Origin: Camelus dromedarius
Taxonomy: Eukaryota
Reading direction: 5' to 3'
NCBI RefSeq assembly: GCF_036321535.1
Contig: NC_087437.1
Span: 26,352,001 to 26,416,000, forward strand
Length of the DNA stretch: 64,000 nt
Numbering within the stretch: the first letter of the stretch is position 1; each line of letters starts with the position of its first letter. The translations under genes and the position numbers were made by a program. The notes beneath the pieces are model-generated. The model did not search any database. It was not told where the DNA came from and saw only the letters and a list, made by a program, of their open reading frames with translations. Of the stretch, positions 1 to 12,950 are shown one piece after another.

Positions 1-864
1 TTAAAGCTGAAGATTTGTAACAAGTTCTGTGAGTGATTATAAATTAGGATAAAGATGATGATGAAGATGACAATGACCGATGCTTGCAGGGTTCAGAACA
101 ATGTCTTTATTTTTATGTGTTGAGAGCAGTTTGAGAATTTGGTTCCTTTTCAACATGCTCTTCTTACCTTCTCTGGTTCAAATATGAGAGACTACAGAAT
201 TGCTGATTGATAGGAATACGACTCTTCAAATCTTACATTCATGGTGGTGGAGGAGGAGGGGTGCGGTGAAAGAGAGAGAGGCAGAGAAAGACTTCACATC
301 TATTGTTATATGTAGGGATCGAGACAACTTTCTATGCTCCAAGTCTCCAAGTGAAAATTGAAAGAGTTTTTCACCTCTGCTCTCTGTGTCAACCTCATCC
401 CTCACATCTGACTGAAATTGAAATAGCCTCTGGGACACAGAAGAGCACAAGTCCTTAAACTTGTTAGCTAGGTCTTGAAGCAGCATTTGCAGAGAGAGCA
501 CAATTTTTGCTTAGACTATAAGTTGCAAATCAACAAAAATGGCATTTTCTGAAGAAGTTTTTATTCATACATTATTGAAAAAATGTCCACTATATAAGGA
601 ATAAGGAATGCTGGAATGAATTTACAAATAGGTACAATATTATGCCAATCTGATATAGCATTTCTTCCCTGTGATCTCAGGACCTGAAGGGGCGCGGGGC
701 AGTGAAGGTAGGGAACAGGGAGAAATAGAATGGAATGGTCAAGGAAGGGTGGTCAAAAAGCCAAGTTATAACTGGGGGAAACCAGACTGGGAGTTAAAAC
801 TCCCTTGTATAGAGTGACTTTCTGTTACCAAATGTCATGTAGTTGTTTAGAGGTAATTACCTGA

Positions 865-1400
865 GTGAAAAATCAAAAGCCTAGATTCCAGATCTGGCTC
901 TGACACTTACTACCTGTAGGGCCTCCAACAAGTTGTTTTTAAATGTTATAAACTTAGCCTCTTCATTTGTAAAGCGGATATTTTAATTATAACTGTCCTT
1001 CTGTGCCATGCAGAGCTGCTATGATACTCAGATGAATTAGTAAATTCCTATTAAGAAACTGATTATGATAGTTAGATTAAACGATAAACTAGCATTAAGC
1101 AATTGAATGATTTGTAAACAGAAACATTTATATTTTATAGGAGCAGGTTTTATGTGCACAAATCATTGAGAAATCTGTTTGCATGATCATCCTAAAATTC
1201 ATTCATTTAATTCAACGAATATTTATAGAGCAGTTATTCAAAGGTTCAGGCATATGCTATGCCTTGGCAATTTGGAGAGGAATAAAAAATTGTCCTTGCC
1301 CTCTAGGAGATGACAGTAAAATGAAGGAGACAGTTAAGTAATTTCAGTACGGTGTGATGAGTTGTAATCCATGAGAAATCAACAACATCTCCTGGAAGCA
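865..1400. mobile_element. MIR fragment (+, ~865-1040) and L2 3' end (-, ~1195-1400)
   Basis: tggctctgacacttact...cctcttcatttgtaaa; attcattcatttaattcaacgaatattt. Confidence 0.65.
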
Positions 1401-1744
1401 AAGAGAAGGTGACAACTAACTTTGATTTCAATAAGATTCAGGCTTAGAATAGATACCTCACAATATCCTGTCTATGCCAATATTAATGCTTTACAACTAT
1501 ATATTACTGTAAGAATATAAGATTTTAAAGTCACTTCATGCTATCTTATTTGTAGGGCTAAAATGAAGAAGGAATAAATACTCTGTATTTTTTCAGGTAA
1601 TCCTGGCAGGGAACAAGGCTTCATATCAGTCGTCCCCTCACATTCTCTCCTCATCATCCTCTGCCTCATCCACCTTCCTTTTCCCTCACATTTCCCACAT
1701 TCCTTTCTCCTTAGGCATTCCAGCCCCAGAATCTTTGTACCAAG

Positions 1745-1795
1745 CCTTCCTTCCTTCCTTCCTTCCTTCTTTCTTTCCTTCCTTCCTTCCTTTTT
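1745..1795. repeat. (TTCC)n/(TTTC)n microsatellite
   Basis: Read directly. Confidence 0.95.
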
Positions 1796-2384
1796 TCTTG
1801 TTTCTTTTGCACTAAGCATTTCTTTGGTTGTGTCTCAATGATACGTGAAATAGTATCATCCCTGCAAAGAAGTGCAGTTCAGTTCAGCATACTGTCAAGG
1901 GGAAGGTGGCATGGTGACACCCATCACTCACGTGAACTGCCCTCTCCTGAGTCTGAGGCTGGCACCAAATGCAAGAATTAGCTCCTGAGATTTTTTTTCA
2001 TTATTTTAGTTAACTTTTTCAATTGGATTATAAAATGCATATAAGAAAATGGTACAGATTTTTTAAAAAATCTATTGAATTTTCTCAAATTGAACACACC
2101 TATTAACCCAGATCAAGAAAGAGAAAGTTACTAGTGCCACAAAAATCTCTGCTGTGCCCTCTTCCAGCACTGTCCTCTCTTACCAGCTCTACAATGACCT
2201 GATCCTATATACGTGCCACCTTACAACATCTCGTTAGCATCATCTTTGTAGTTTCTTTTGTATTAACCTTATATGTGCTCCAACTCCATTGTATCAAACT
2301 AGAAACCTAAAGATATTTTTAATGAGCTTTAGATTTTAGGTGCCTCTGACTATTGTAACAGAATCTGTCTTTAAAATCTTTCTA

Positions 2385-4470
2385 GCAAATAGCATCAAAA
2401 ATGTAAAATATTTAAGAAAACATTTGACAAGTGACTTGTAATACCTCTACACTAAAATCTAAAAGACATTGATGAGAGAAACCAAGGAAGACTTACATAC
2501 ATGGAGATATATACCATGGATTGAGAAATATATCATGAATTACAAGATTTATTATTATTAAGATGTCAGTTGTGACCAATCAAAATCCCAACAGGCTTTT
2601 TAAATAGAGAATGACAACTTTATTTAATAATCTATTTGTAAATGCAAAGGACTGAGAATAGCCAAAACAAACTAGGAGAAAGAAGAACAAAGTTGCAGTA
2701 TTCATACTACCTGATTTCAAGACCCACTGTAAAGCTACAGCAAGTAATACAGTGCAGTATTAGTATAAGGAAAAGTGAATAGTTCAGTGGAACAGAATAC
2801 AAAGTCTGAAAATAGATCTATACATATTATTGTAAATTAATTTCTGACAAAGGTGCTAAGATATTCAATGGGGGAAAGGAAAATCTTTTCAACAACTTGT
2901 ACTAGAATAATTTGATAAACTGACAAAAAAGAATTTTGACTCTTAACTCCTATCACATACACAAAATTAATTCAGGATAAATTATAGACCTAACATAAGA
3001 ACTAAAACTGAAACATCTGGAAGAAAACATATGAGAATATTTTCACAACTTTGGGGTAGTCAGAGATTTCTTAGAGAAGAAGCAGAAAGCATGAATCATA
3101 AAAGAAAAAAATGATAAGTTTTACTTCATCAAAGTTTAAAACTTTCATTCATCAAAAGACACCAATAATAAAATGAAAAAGAGAGCCATAGACTGGGAAA
3201 AAATATTTGCAATACACATATTTGACAAATAACTTGTATCATGAGTATATAAAAATCTCTAATAAACCAGTAATTAAAAGATAAACAACACAGTTTTTTC
3301 AATGGGCAAAAGACTTGAATTGACACTTCACCAGAGAAAATGTACAAATGGCCAATAAGCACACAAAAAAGCATTCAAAATTACTAGTCATCAAGGAAAT
3401 GCAAATTAAAACCACAATGAGATATCACTTCAAACCCATCAGAATAACTAAAAATCAAATGTACTAAAGACACCAAATTTTGGTGATTATGTAAAGCAAC
3501 CAGAACACTTGCATATCTTTGGTGTAATTATAAAATTGTAATACCACTTTGGAGAACTGTTAGTCAATTTTTTATAATGTTAAATATACATTTACCCTAT
3601 TATCTAACTATCCCTAGGTGTTTGCACAAAAGAAATGAAAGCATATGTCCAGAAAAAGACCTTTATAATAATGTTTAAGGAAACTTTATTCACAATATCA
3701 CAAAACTGGAGACAACCCAAATGTACATACATTTGAATAGATGAACTATGGTGTGTCCACACAATGGAATATTACTCAATAGTAAAAAAGATCTGAGGAC
3801 GATCTGTATGGAGGAGGTACAGATATTAGCATTATTAGACCTGGACTCTAAAGTAGCTATGAAGAAAATGTCCAAAACATTAGATGACAGATGAAGAATT
3901 TTGTCAGAGAAGTAGAAACTATTAAAAAAAAAGAAATTAACAAATTAGAAAGCAAATATATAATTAATTAAATTAATTAATAAAAATAAGTTCACTGTAG
4001 AAAATGAATAAAACTAGTAAAATTGTTAAAATTATTACAATACTGACTATTCATGACAAAAATAAAAATAGAGAGGCAAAAGATACTAGTATCAGGAATG
4101 AAAAAAGGGATATTACTACATAGAGAAAAAAGGAAAGAAAAGAATGTACTACTAATACATGCAACAATGTAGATTAATCTCAAAAGATTAAGTTGAGCAA
4201 AATAACCCAGACACGAAAGTGAACAACTGTGTGATTCCTTTGATTGGGAAATGTTATGCATGGAGTTAAAAGATCAGAATAGTGGTTGCTTACAGGGATT
4301 AGGATAGACTTAGATAGAAGCTTGAAGGAACTTTCTGGGCTAATGGAAGTGTTGACTTCTTGACCAGAATATTAGTTACATGGATGTATACATTCAAAGC
4401 CATTGAATCTTATGTTTAAGATCTTTGCAATTCACTGTATGTAAACTCTACCTCAATTTAAAAAAAATAG
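2385..4470 (+). mobile_element. Old L1 (L1M-type) ORF2 3' part and 3' UTR, fragmented
   Basis: Typical L1 motifs (caaaatcccaacaggc, ggaaatgcaaattaaaaccacaatgagata, ggaatattactcaat) with many stops; interrupted by other L1 pieces around 3790-4120. Confidence 0.88.
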
Positions 4471-4802
4471 AAAGCAATGTTTGAGAAGAAATTCAAAAGA
4501 TGTCTGAGACCAGTAGTAGACTTAGATGATATTTGTAAGTTTCCTAAGAACTTTCTCCATACAGAATTTTTAAATTAATTTTTTACTACGTACTACATTC
4601 ACATGGTTTAAAAAACAAACAGCATTTTAAAACAAATCCCAGGAAAGCAAAACAAAAACAAATGCCCTAAATTTTCACTTAGGGTGGTAGGGTCCAAGAA
4701 AACATGGTATTAAATATTAAATATTCTGTTGTAGTATTAGAATTATTATTAGAAATTCCAGCATTAGAACTTATTAGAAATATTAGCATTAGAACTAGAG
4801 GT

Positions 4803-4808
4803 TTTATT
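4803..4808 (-). terminator. Candidate ANKUB1 polyadenylation signal AATAAA
   Basis: tttatt on the plus strand about 40 nt past the stop codon; usage not demonstrated. Confidence 0.3.
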
Positions 4809-4847
4809 TGACCAAGTCTTCGCTCAAACTGAGGTTGCCATGACTTT

Positions 4848-4977
4848 TCAAAGCACAATTTCCGGAAGATTTTCACATGACATCAGGCCTCCTTGGGTAG
4901 TCAGGTGAGAAATGCTGTTTTTGGCTAGGGCTGTTGCTATTCTTAACTGCTGAAGCCATCGTTTCTCTTTAAAGGCA
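4848..4977 (-). CDS. ANKUB1: ANKUB1 coding exon 6 (S-AFKEKRWLQQLRIATALAKNSISHLTTQGGLMSCENLPEIVL*)
   Basis: Acceptor cttttctcttgcag|T in phase 2, matching the exon 5 donor; 130 nt to TGA at 4850-4848. Read manually. Confidence 0.94.
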
Positions 4978-7344
4978 CTGCAAGAGAAAAGATGTAGTTT
5001 ACAAGGAGGTCCAATTTTGTCTCCATTTATAGTTGAAATGATGGAAATCTTTAGGTTGATTTTATAGCTGTGGCTAGTTTACCTTGTTATATGAGTTAGG
5101 CTGTAAAATAGGAAAAAGGAATCTTTCTAAAACACTCTTCTTTGTGAAGCAGTGGGGATGATGTTTTCCCAAGGCAAGACTAGAAATATAGCACCCACAA
5201 CTAGAAACAGAAAGCCACTCAGTGTCGTAGAATTCTCTGGTTTGAAACTCTTTTTTTTAATCTGTTCCCCCTCGAACATCCCTATACATCATATAGTCCC
5301 TGACCTCTTCTCCCTCTCCTTGTTCCCCACCAAAAACACACTTTTTTCATGGACATGATACTAGATATTTTGATAGACTTTAACTAAAATGCAATGAAAC
5401 AATGTTTTGTGATAGTTATTCTCTGGCTGTATACTAATAAAAACCTAAATTTGAATGCAATTACTCCTACTTTGTAGGATGCAAATGTGATTTTCTACAG
5501 AGGGGTTTTACATTTCCTTGAATGTTGGGGTCCTCCACAATTCTGTCCTTTTGCCTTCCTCTGTGTCTGTACCCTCATCCTGGGAGGCTGTATTTACTAA
5601 TTGCTTCAACTCTCCTATTCAGGACTCCCAAATCCCAACCTTTCTTAAAAGATGCATGTCTCTAATTATCAAATTAAAATCATTTGATAACTGGAAATCC
5701 CACCGATGCTTCCAATTTTCGTGTCTTTTATCTTCTTCCTAAACTTGTCCCCTTCAACATCCTTGCTCTAACATTACTTTGCTTTCTTTGCTATCTTCAT
5801 CATCTCCAAAGCCGGAAACAAAACTCATCCCCTCTTCTCTATCCACTTCTATGCCCAATTAGTGATCACATTTTGTAGATTATTCCAAACAGATTTCTGC
5901 TGCACCTTCTGATTTGTTTTCTTCCCCCCTCAAACACTCCCTTGCTCTGACAGTCCCCAACAAATAAACCCCTTATCAAGAGGAGTTTGGGGAGAGTTAC
6001 TCCTACATCACAAGTGGGGTTTAATGATAAAACCAAGCCAAGCAGTTTTATTTATTCCCTGTATTCACTTTCTAAGGCTGAGGCAAGCACCCTTATCAAC
6101 CACAGTGGTGTAAACTTGTGGCAAGAGTCCCCTGCCCCATCCCTGGTACTTTTTATCAAAACAAAACAAAACAAAATAACACAGAGAGCTCTGCTTTTAT
6201 CAGGAGCACAAGAGCCCATCAGAGGCACCACTGGGGACTGCCATCTCTTCTCAGTCCACTCAGGACTCTCAGCCTTCTCGACCAGTATTCCACATGTGAA
6301 TTTTCACTCAGCTGACTTCTAAATTACATAAACCTCACTGGAGTCAGACAATAAGCAATAAAGGAGACAGTTTTCTGGATACACCTTGGAAATATTCTTT
6401 GATCTGTATAAAGCTTACACTATCTTCTGAGGAATGAGATTCAGTCTGGCCTTAGTCATTGACATCTCTGCACCAGCCACATGCACTCACCAACCCAAAC
6501 CCACATTATACTTGATCTGAGCTAACTGCAGCAATATACTCTCTTTGAGTCAACCCTCAGAGGGATATTTTCATGAATCTAAAGGTGGAGTTCCTGAGTG
6601 ATATGTGGTCCAGCAGGTGCTCTCATGTGATGCCAGAGGGGATGTCTGGGGTCCTCATTTGGGAGATTACCCTTCCCTCACAATTAGGAATATCTGATGG
6701 ACCAACTCTGACCCACTTTCCCTGGGTTATCACCATGAAGGATTAATTAGATTCTTCCCCATCGCCTGGCTAAGATACTAGCTTGATGATGGTGGACCCA
6801 TCATTAAGCTAGTGCATGTCCTCTCCTCACGTTGGTGTCTTTTCGGCACAAGAGTTGTACTGGTCTTTTAGTGGTAAGTGCTCAGACCACCTGGCTGCCT
6901 GACTTGAAGGGCAACTTCAGGTGGACATGGGTGCTTTCATGACTCCTATGAGGTGACATGAGCCAGACTAGAAAGAGCTGTGCAGGGACATGACGCCTCC
7001 AGGTCTCCCCATCCCCTCCACAGCCCACCGACAGAGGGACATGGCCAAATTCTGGGAAAGATGCTGTGGAAAGGAGAGAGAACATATGGGAAAGCAGTAG
7101 AGTGTGCAAATAGAGGGAGGAGAAAAATGTTGGTAAAAGAGGAAGAATTGGGAAAGAAGATTTGCTAGGAGTACCTGCCAGAAGGAGTGTACATACTGAC
7201 CCCTGCCCCTTCTATGAGCCTCCCTTCTGCACCAACCTCTTTCTTGAATGAGAAAGTTACCCAGCGGCTCCCCTCTCAACCTTGAAATTTCTTCCCCTTG
7301 ATAAATCCAATCCTTATGAAATATACCTAGAGAACAGCAGGCTA

Positions 7345-7925
7345 GTATAACAGCTTGGGAAAGCTATTTGGAAGTGTTTACTGAAGCTAACCCATGACCT
7401 AGCAATTCCATTCCTAGGTGCAGAGTCAAGTGAAATGAATGCAAATGTCCACCAAACCTCAAATACAAGAATAATCATATAATTTTATTCAAAATAGCCC
7501 CAAATTAGAAACAGTGCAAAGGCCCATCAATAGGAGAATTGATAAATACATTAAGATATAGAATACTACATAGGAATGGCTAATACACAGAAATAAGAAG
7601 GATCAATACACACAAAAGCATGAATGAATCTCATAGTCAATGCATTAAGCAAAAAGCCAGACATGAAAGATACCTAACAAAAGTCAAGATACCTGTGAAA
7701 GTCAAGAACAGGCAAAACTAAGCTCACTGATAGAGATCAGAATAATGGTTATATCTGGGAGGAGTTACTGACTGGCAAAGGGCATGAAGGAACTTTGGGG
7801 GGTTGCTAGAAGTATTTTGCATCTGATCTGAGTGGTGATTACATGGATGTATGCAAATTTAAAATTCAAAAAGCCGTACATAGGATATTAGCATTCCTTA
7901 TGCATTTAACTATATATTTCACAAC
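7345..7925 (+). mobile_element. Old L1 3' end fragment
   Basis: gacctagcaattccattcctaggt, gcatgaatgaatctcata, acaggcaaaactaa, atctgagtggtgattacatgg. Confidence 0.8.
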
Positions 7926-8347
7926 TCAGCTTCTCCCCAAAAAGCACTACACACAATAGACATTGGCAGTCTTTCACCCAAAACTATATACATGCTGCTC
8001 ACCTTAACCACAGATGCTTTTGCACATTTCAATTCTGCATAGCCCTGTACTGGGCAATAATAAACACTTTTGGATGTTTGAAAAATAAACTCATTTTTAA
8101 TGTGCATCTGTTGATAAAACTAATCAGTATTTCCTTTCTTATGTTTACAACCTGATTTTAAGATGGGTTATATTATTTTTTCAATTAATTATTTTCTGGT
8201 CTTTCCCCACAGTTTTATATTATCTCTTTTTATACATTCTAGTCAGAAATACCTCACAGATTACAAAGATTGAAGTTGTTAAACATTTTCTTTATTCTCA
8301 TGGTGCTAGAGGCTGAATTTTGCCAATTTTAATAGCTCAAATTATTC

Positions 8348-8366
8348 TCACCACTAGGTGGCAACA
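8348..8366 (+). promoter_or_regulatory. CTCF-like motif
   Basis: tcaCCACTAGGTGGCAaca matches the CTCF core CCASYAGRKGGCR. Confidence 0.55.
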
Positions 8367-9198
8367 ACCTAACTGAAAAGTAGAGCTGAAAAAAGATAAT
8401 TCAGAAAGGCAACTAACACAATCTAGCCTTATTTCTTCTTTCCTTCTCATTATATTGAGTAAGGGGGGAAGCCATAAACCTATATTTCCACTGTAATATT
8501 GGCACCCAATAATACCTCATAAATAGTGGATAGACCTGAGAGCTAACCAGAGTTGTGTTTTCAATCAAATCTGATGACCAATATATAAAACTTTATCTTA
8601 TGAAATGAATGTGCCTGAAAAGTCTACTTCTGACAAATTTGTTATGTCTTTAAACATTATGATGGGTTGCTTTTTAAACTTAAATATTAACATCAGTTCT
8701 ATTACCCTATCCAGTATGGGTCTCCCACTGCCTGTATATCTTGTCCAGTAAGTGAACTGAAGTCTTTATGATTCCATTTGTCATTAAATTGTTCTTTTCT
8801 TTCCTTCTGTTTGCATTACCATCCAGGCCTCCATGACATTTTTGATGTCTCTCTCCCAGATTTCAAGTTTCCCCCTTCTCCTTTTGATTATAATTAACAA
8901 TTTCTTTTAGTTAAAAAAGAAAGAAAGAGAAAAAAAAGCAGCAGCAGCAAGGGACCTTGTTAATTGATACAACTCTTTTCTCCCTGAAAATTTGAGCAGA
9001 GTACTACACGGAATGGCCAATAAAATCAGTTCATTTTGTCCTAGATAGACGGCTAGGATGTGGTCCTTGAAGCTGGGTGCTGATGCACTGGAACACCTGT
9101 ATTACACTGCTTGACATGGTAGGGCTTCATGGACCATTCTTCCCCTAGGCCTGCCCTACTAAAGGTTTGCCCTTGTTTGTTTAAAGAGAAAGAATTAC

Positions 9199-10137
9199 CT
9201 GGCCACAGCTAAGCAGTAGATGGCGTTCTCCCTTGGAGTCATCCCACTGTGCTCTGAGAAAGACGCCAAAGGGGATCTGAGTAGACAGCCGGCCCTGGGT
9301 GTTGCATAGTAAAAAGATGGGTGTGAGTAGCCCACTCTTGAAACCGGAGGGAGGGGGACTTGGGGAAGATACGTATTTTTTATAAGCTTTTCTTTATTCC
9401 TAGCTGTGGCATTAATTTTCTTCCGATTTTTTTGTTGTTTTCGTATTTCCGAGAATGTATTTGAGTCTACCAGAGGAGGAAACTTGAGTGTTTGTCCTCT
9501 TGTGTCCTGCTGTGAAATTGTTAAAAGATTGACAGGTTTCCTGCTCACAGTCTGCTCCCTGAGAGGCAGTAGTTTGCCCACCGTGCCTTCTGAGTCCTTG
9601 TTTCCAGCCTTATGCCAGCTTTTGGAGGTCATTTTTGGTTTGGTGAAACCATCCACCATCATCACAGTGTCTCCAACTTTTGCCCCAAAGACCCTTGCTC
9701 CACAAAGCTGGCTTTTATTGAGGTTGTGACTCTGAGCTCTGAGTATCCACTGTTTTATTTTAATATAAATCCTCATAGGGACTGAGATTTTCAGAAAGGA
9801 AACCGTGGACCACATTTTACTCAGTAAATATAATACGCAGTCTTTCTGCTTGTGTTTGAATGCAATAGCCAGGGGAGTTTGCCCCGCTGCATTTTTGCAT
9901 TCCAGGCACAGCACGCTGCAGTTGACAAAGGCCTTCAGAATCAGCAGTTGGCCCGCTTCTACGGCTGCATGAATGGGGCATTTAGAGACATCTGCGTGCA
10001 GAGCTTCGTGGCACCATGCTCGATAGGGGTGCACACCGACCGCCTCGTTGGGCCGCACACCCTGCTTCAGGGCCCATTCCGTGAGCTCAACGTACCCATA
10101 AAAGGCAGCGATGTACAGGGCTACCCTTTTCTGATAC
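9199..10137 (-). CDS. ANKUB1: ANKUB1 coding exon 5; ankyrin repeats plus a basic/low-complexity region
   Basis: Acceptor ttcattcag|G, donor GCCAG|gtaatt, 939 nt, within ORF 9195..10154. Ankyrin motifs ALYIAAFYGYVELTEWAL, CPIHAAVEAGQLLILKAF and GQTPLAIAFKHKQKDCVLYLL. Confidence 0.97.
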
Positions 10138-10395
10138 CTGAATGAATGAAACAAGCAAGAGTAGGGTGTTTAGAAAGTCAGCAAACAGGCAAATGTAGTT
10201 ACACTAAATGCCCATGAAACATTCCAGTTAAAATCTTTATTTCCTCCAAACTTTTACCTAAAATGTTTTTAGAAAAGGCACATAGTAATATGCACATAGG
10301 TTAACCTGCACAGGTCCTGCTTATTATGCACATTATCCTACTGTGCACACGTAAACACTTCAGACTGGTTTCCTTTGTGGTTGTCTTTCTTTCTA

Positions 10396-10479
10396 TTTTT
10401 TTTTTCTTTTTTGGGGTGTAATTAGGTTTGTTTGTTTAATGTAAGCAGGCACTGTGCCACTGAGCTGTAACGTCCCCCC
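10396..10479 (-). mobile_element. Vic-1-like SINE with internal deletion
   Basis: Tail (gtaattaggtttgtttgtttaatg) joins directly to the 5' half (taagcaggcactgtgccactgagctgta); the B-box segment is absent. Confidence 0.7.
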
Positions 10480-11539
10480 AGAGCGGTCTTCTTTCTTATG
10501 AATATCAAATGCGCAAGAAAAATATCAAGCTTTATATTAACTGGGAAAGTATTGGGAGAAATCCAGCACGTTTTAGAAATCTGAATGCTCTGTATGTTTG
10601 TTTGCTTTTTTTTCTAACAGTCCTTATTTTCTGGCTTCTCAAAGTCTCCACTGCTATTTTGATCTAAACCACTAGGTTTTCCCCCACCAACACTACCACA
10701 GTGCCACCGTCTCCTAACTGGTCTCTCACCTCCTCTTATCCCCCTGCGGCCATTTCCTCAAACAGCGCTTAGCTATCTTTTTATTGCCTAAGTTGGAGGT
10801 TGCCTGTGCTCTGTTCCAAACCCTCCAATAGCTTCTCACTGCAGTTGAAATTCTAACTCCTCACCTTGGGCTACAAGGTCTCTCCTCACCTGGACCCTGC
10901 CCCACTCCTGCCCCAGTTCCCACCACTCCCCTTCTCTTCTGCTGTCCTGCGGCCATACTGGCCTTCCTACTGTCTCTATCCCTCCAATTCCCCATCAGGC
11001 ATAGGTTGAATGATTGGTGAAGACTGTTCAGAGAAATAAGATTTAGGGAGTCAAAGCTAGACTGGGTTCTGCCAGATGTTGTCCAGGATCCGCTCGGGCA
11101 GGGCTGTCTGACCCCACTGTAGAGACAGAAGCAAGCTAGCCTAGTATCATCCAAATTCTGCTGCATGTAACTAACTCTCCCATCTCTGATTTCATGCTCA
11201 CCACGCCATCTTCTCACTTATATGTGGTTTCTCATGTAATTTCGCTGTGTGAGGAAGATGGTCTGCCCAGACGTGCAGGTTTCTAGGACCCTCTGACAGT
11301 TAGATTATTCACTCATTAGAGTTATACATCACCACACTGGTATTTTGGCTCACATATCAATTTCTTTTGAAATTCGTTAGTGCAAACCAGCATCTCTGAA
11401 TTTGATAAGATTCCTTGATTTGGGGAGAAGAGCCCCTCCTGGGTGGACTAACTGGTCTCATCCTTAATGTTGTGGGAACTAGAAGTGCTCTTGCTGCTGA
11501 GGCTAGTTGATTCTGCCTCCTAGGTGATCTTTTCACAGT

Positions 11540-12735
11540 CTGTCCTTCACCCCACCTCTGCTGCCTTAAGCCTAGTTCAGGCTGCCATTATCTCTGTCTC
11601 CCTGTCTCTGTCTGCTTCTGTTCCTCACACTGCCACCAGAGCCAACATTCTAAAATGCAGACCTCATCATGGCCTTTCTCTATCTTGAATGTCTTCCCAA
11701 CACTTAAAAGATAAAGTCAAATTCCTTCATATCCCTACAGGGGCTTGCATAAACTGGACTCATCTTATCTTTCCAGCCTCTGGCCACTAGATTCCTCTTC
11801 CTCTTCCTCATCTACCATGTAGAGCTTCTCTCAGTTCCTTGAATCCATTTTCTTGTCCCCCAGGGTAAGTTCCATCTTACGTGGCTCCATCTGTTTTGGA
11901 ACATTTTTATCTTCTCTCTGCCGTTTACCCAAGTACCAACCCTTTAGGTCTAACCTCAATTCCCTTTCTCAGGATGCTTTTCCTGATCCCCTAAGTCTAG
12001 TTAGTTGTCCATACTATACATTTCCATGTCATTTTGGACTATGCCCATGTCATAACACTTTTTACACTGACTGGTAACGGCAACGACACCTGACATTTAC
12101 ATCCTGCTTACCATGTGCCAGGAGGCCCTCTAAGTTCCTTATTTTATTAGGTCATTCAATCTCTAAACTCATTCTATGAGATAGGTACTATTATTATTTC
12201 TGTTTTATAGGGATGACTACTTGCTTAGGTTTACACAGCTAAACACTGAGAGTGGGGTTCAACTAGGTAGATGGGCACTGGAGTTTGTCCTCCCAAACAT
12301 TTTGCACTTCTGCTTCTCCAGGAATTGGTTCCTTGTTTTCTGTTTCCCCATGGGACTATAAGCTTGCTGAAGGCAGGGGCCATGTCTTGTTTATTGCTTG
12401 CATAATACATAGTATGTGCTAAATAGATATTTGTTGATTGAATGAAAGAATAAAAGGAGCTTTTCATTCTGATCACTTATATTCTCTGAGCTCTTAGATT
12501 TTATTTAAAGGTTAAGTGGAGATGGTTATGTGCATGAGCACTAGAGTTAAAATTGTCAGGATCCAAAACCCATTTGTGCCCTTGCTAGCTGTGTGACATT
12601 GGGCTGATATCCTAATATCAGTTTCCTTACCTGTTAAACAAGATAACATAGTATCTACCTCATCAAAGTGTTATAAGTATTAGTTAATAGATGTAATACA
12701 ATTGTCTGCTACAAAGTACTCAATAAATATGCACT
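11540..12735. mobile_element. L2 (+) interrupted by a MIR (-, ~12090-12310) and followed by a MIR (+, ~12525-12735)
   Basis: L2 3' end gactataagcttgctgaaggcagggg...atatttgttgattgaatgaa; MIR cores ctatgagataggtactattatt and cagtttccttacctgttaaa. Confidence 0.7.
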
Positions 12736-12932
12736 ATTAAAAGTAACAATGCAACAGCTATTTCTTTGGATTCAGAGCATGAAAAGAGAATTATAACTAT
12801 CCCCAAATAGAAATTTATTTAAAATAATTGAATATCTTATAAAATTGCAGAAGCTGATTTTCCAGTCTGTCACTTCACAGAGCCCTGGGAGCTCCTGGTT
12901 AGTGTGTGGGCTTCTGTAAAGTGTGATTAAAT

Positions 12933-12950
12933 CGCCACAAGGTGGCACTG
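12933..12950 (+). promoter_or_regulatory. CTCF-like motif
   Basis: cgCCACAAGGTGGCACtg, one mismatch to the CTCF core. Confidence 0.5.

Noticed and set aside
226..501. 91-aa minus-strand ORF
   Set aside because: GTG start and no recognisable homology or exon context; it lies beyond the ANKUB1 stop codon.
1541..1819. K/E/R-rich 92-aa ORF
   Set aside because: Translation of the (TTCC)n microsatellite.
9406..10145. Plus-strand ORFs of 107 and 97 aa
   Set aside because: Antisense shadows of ANKUB1 exon 5.
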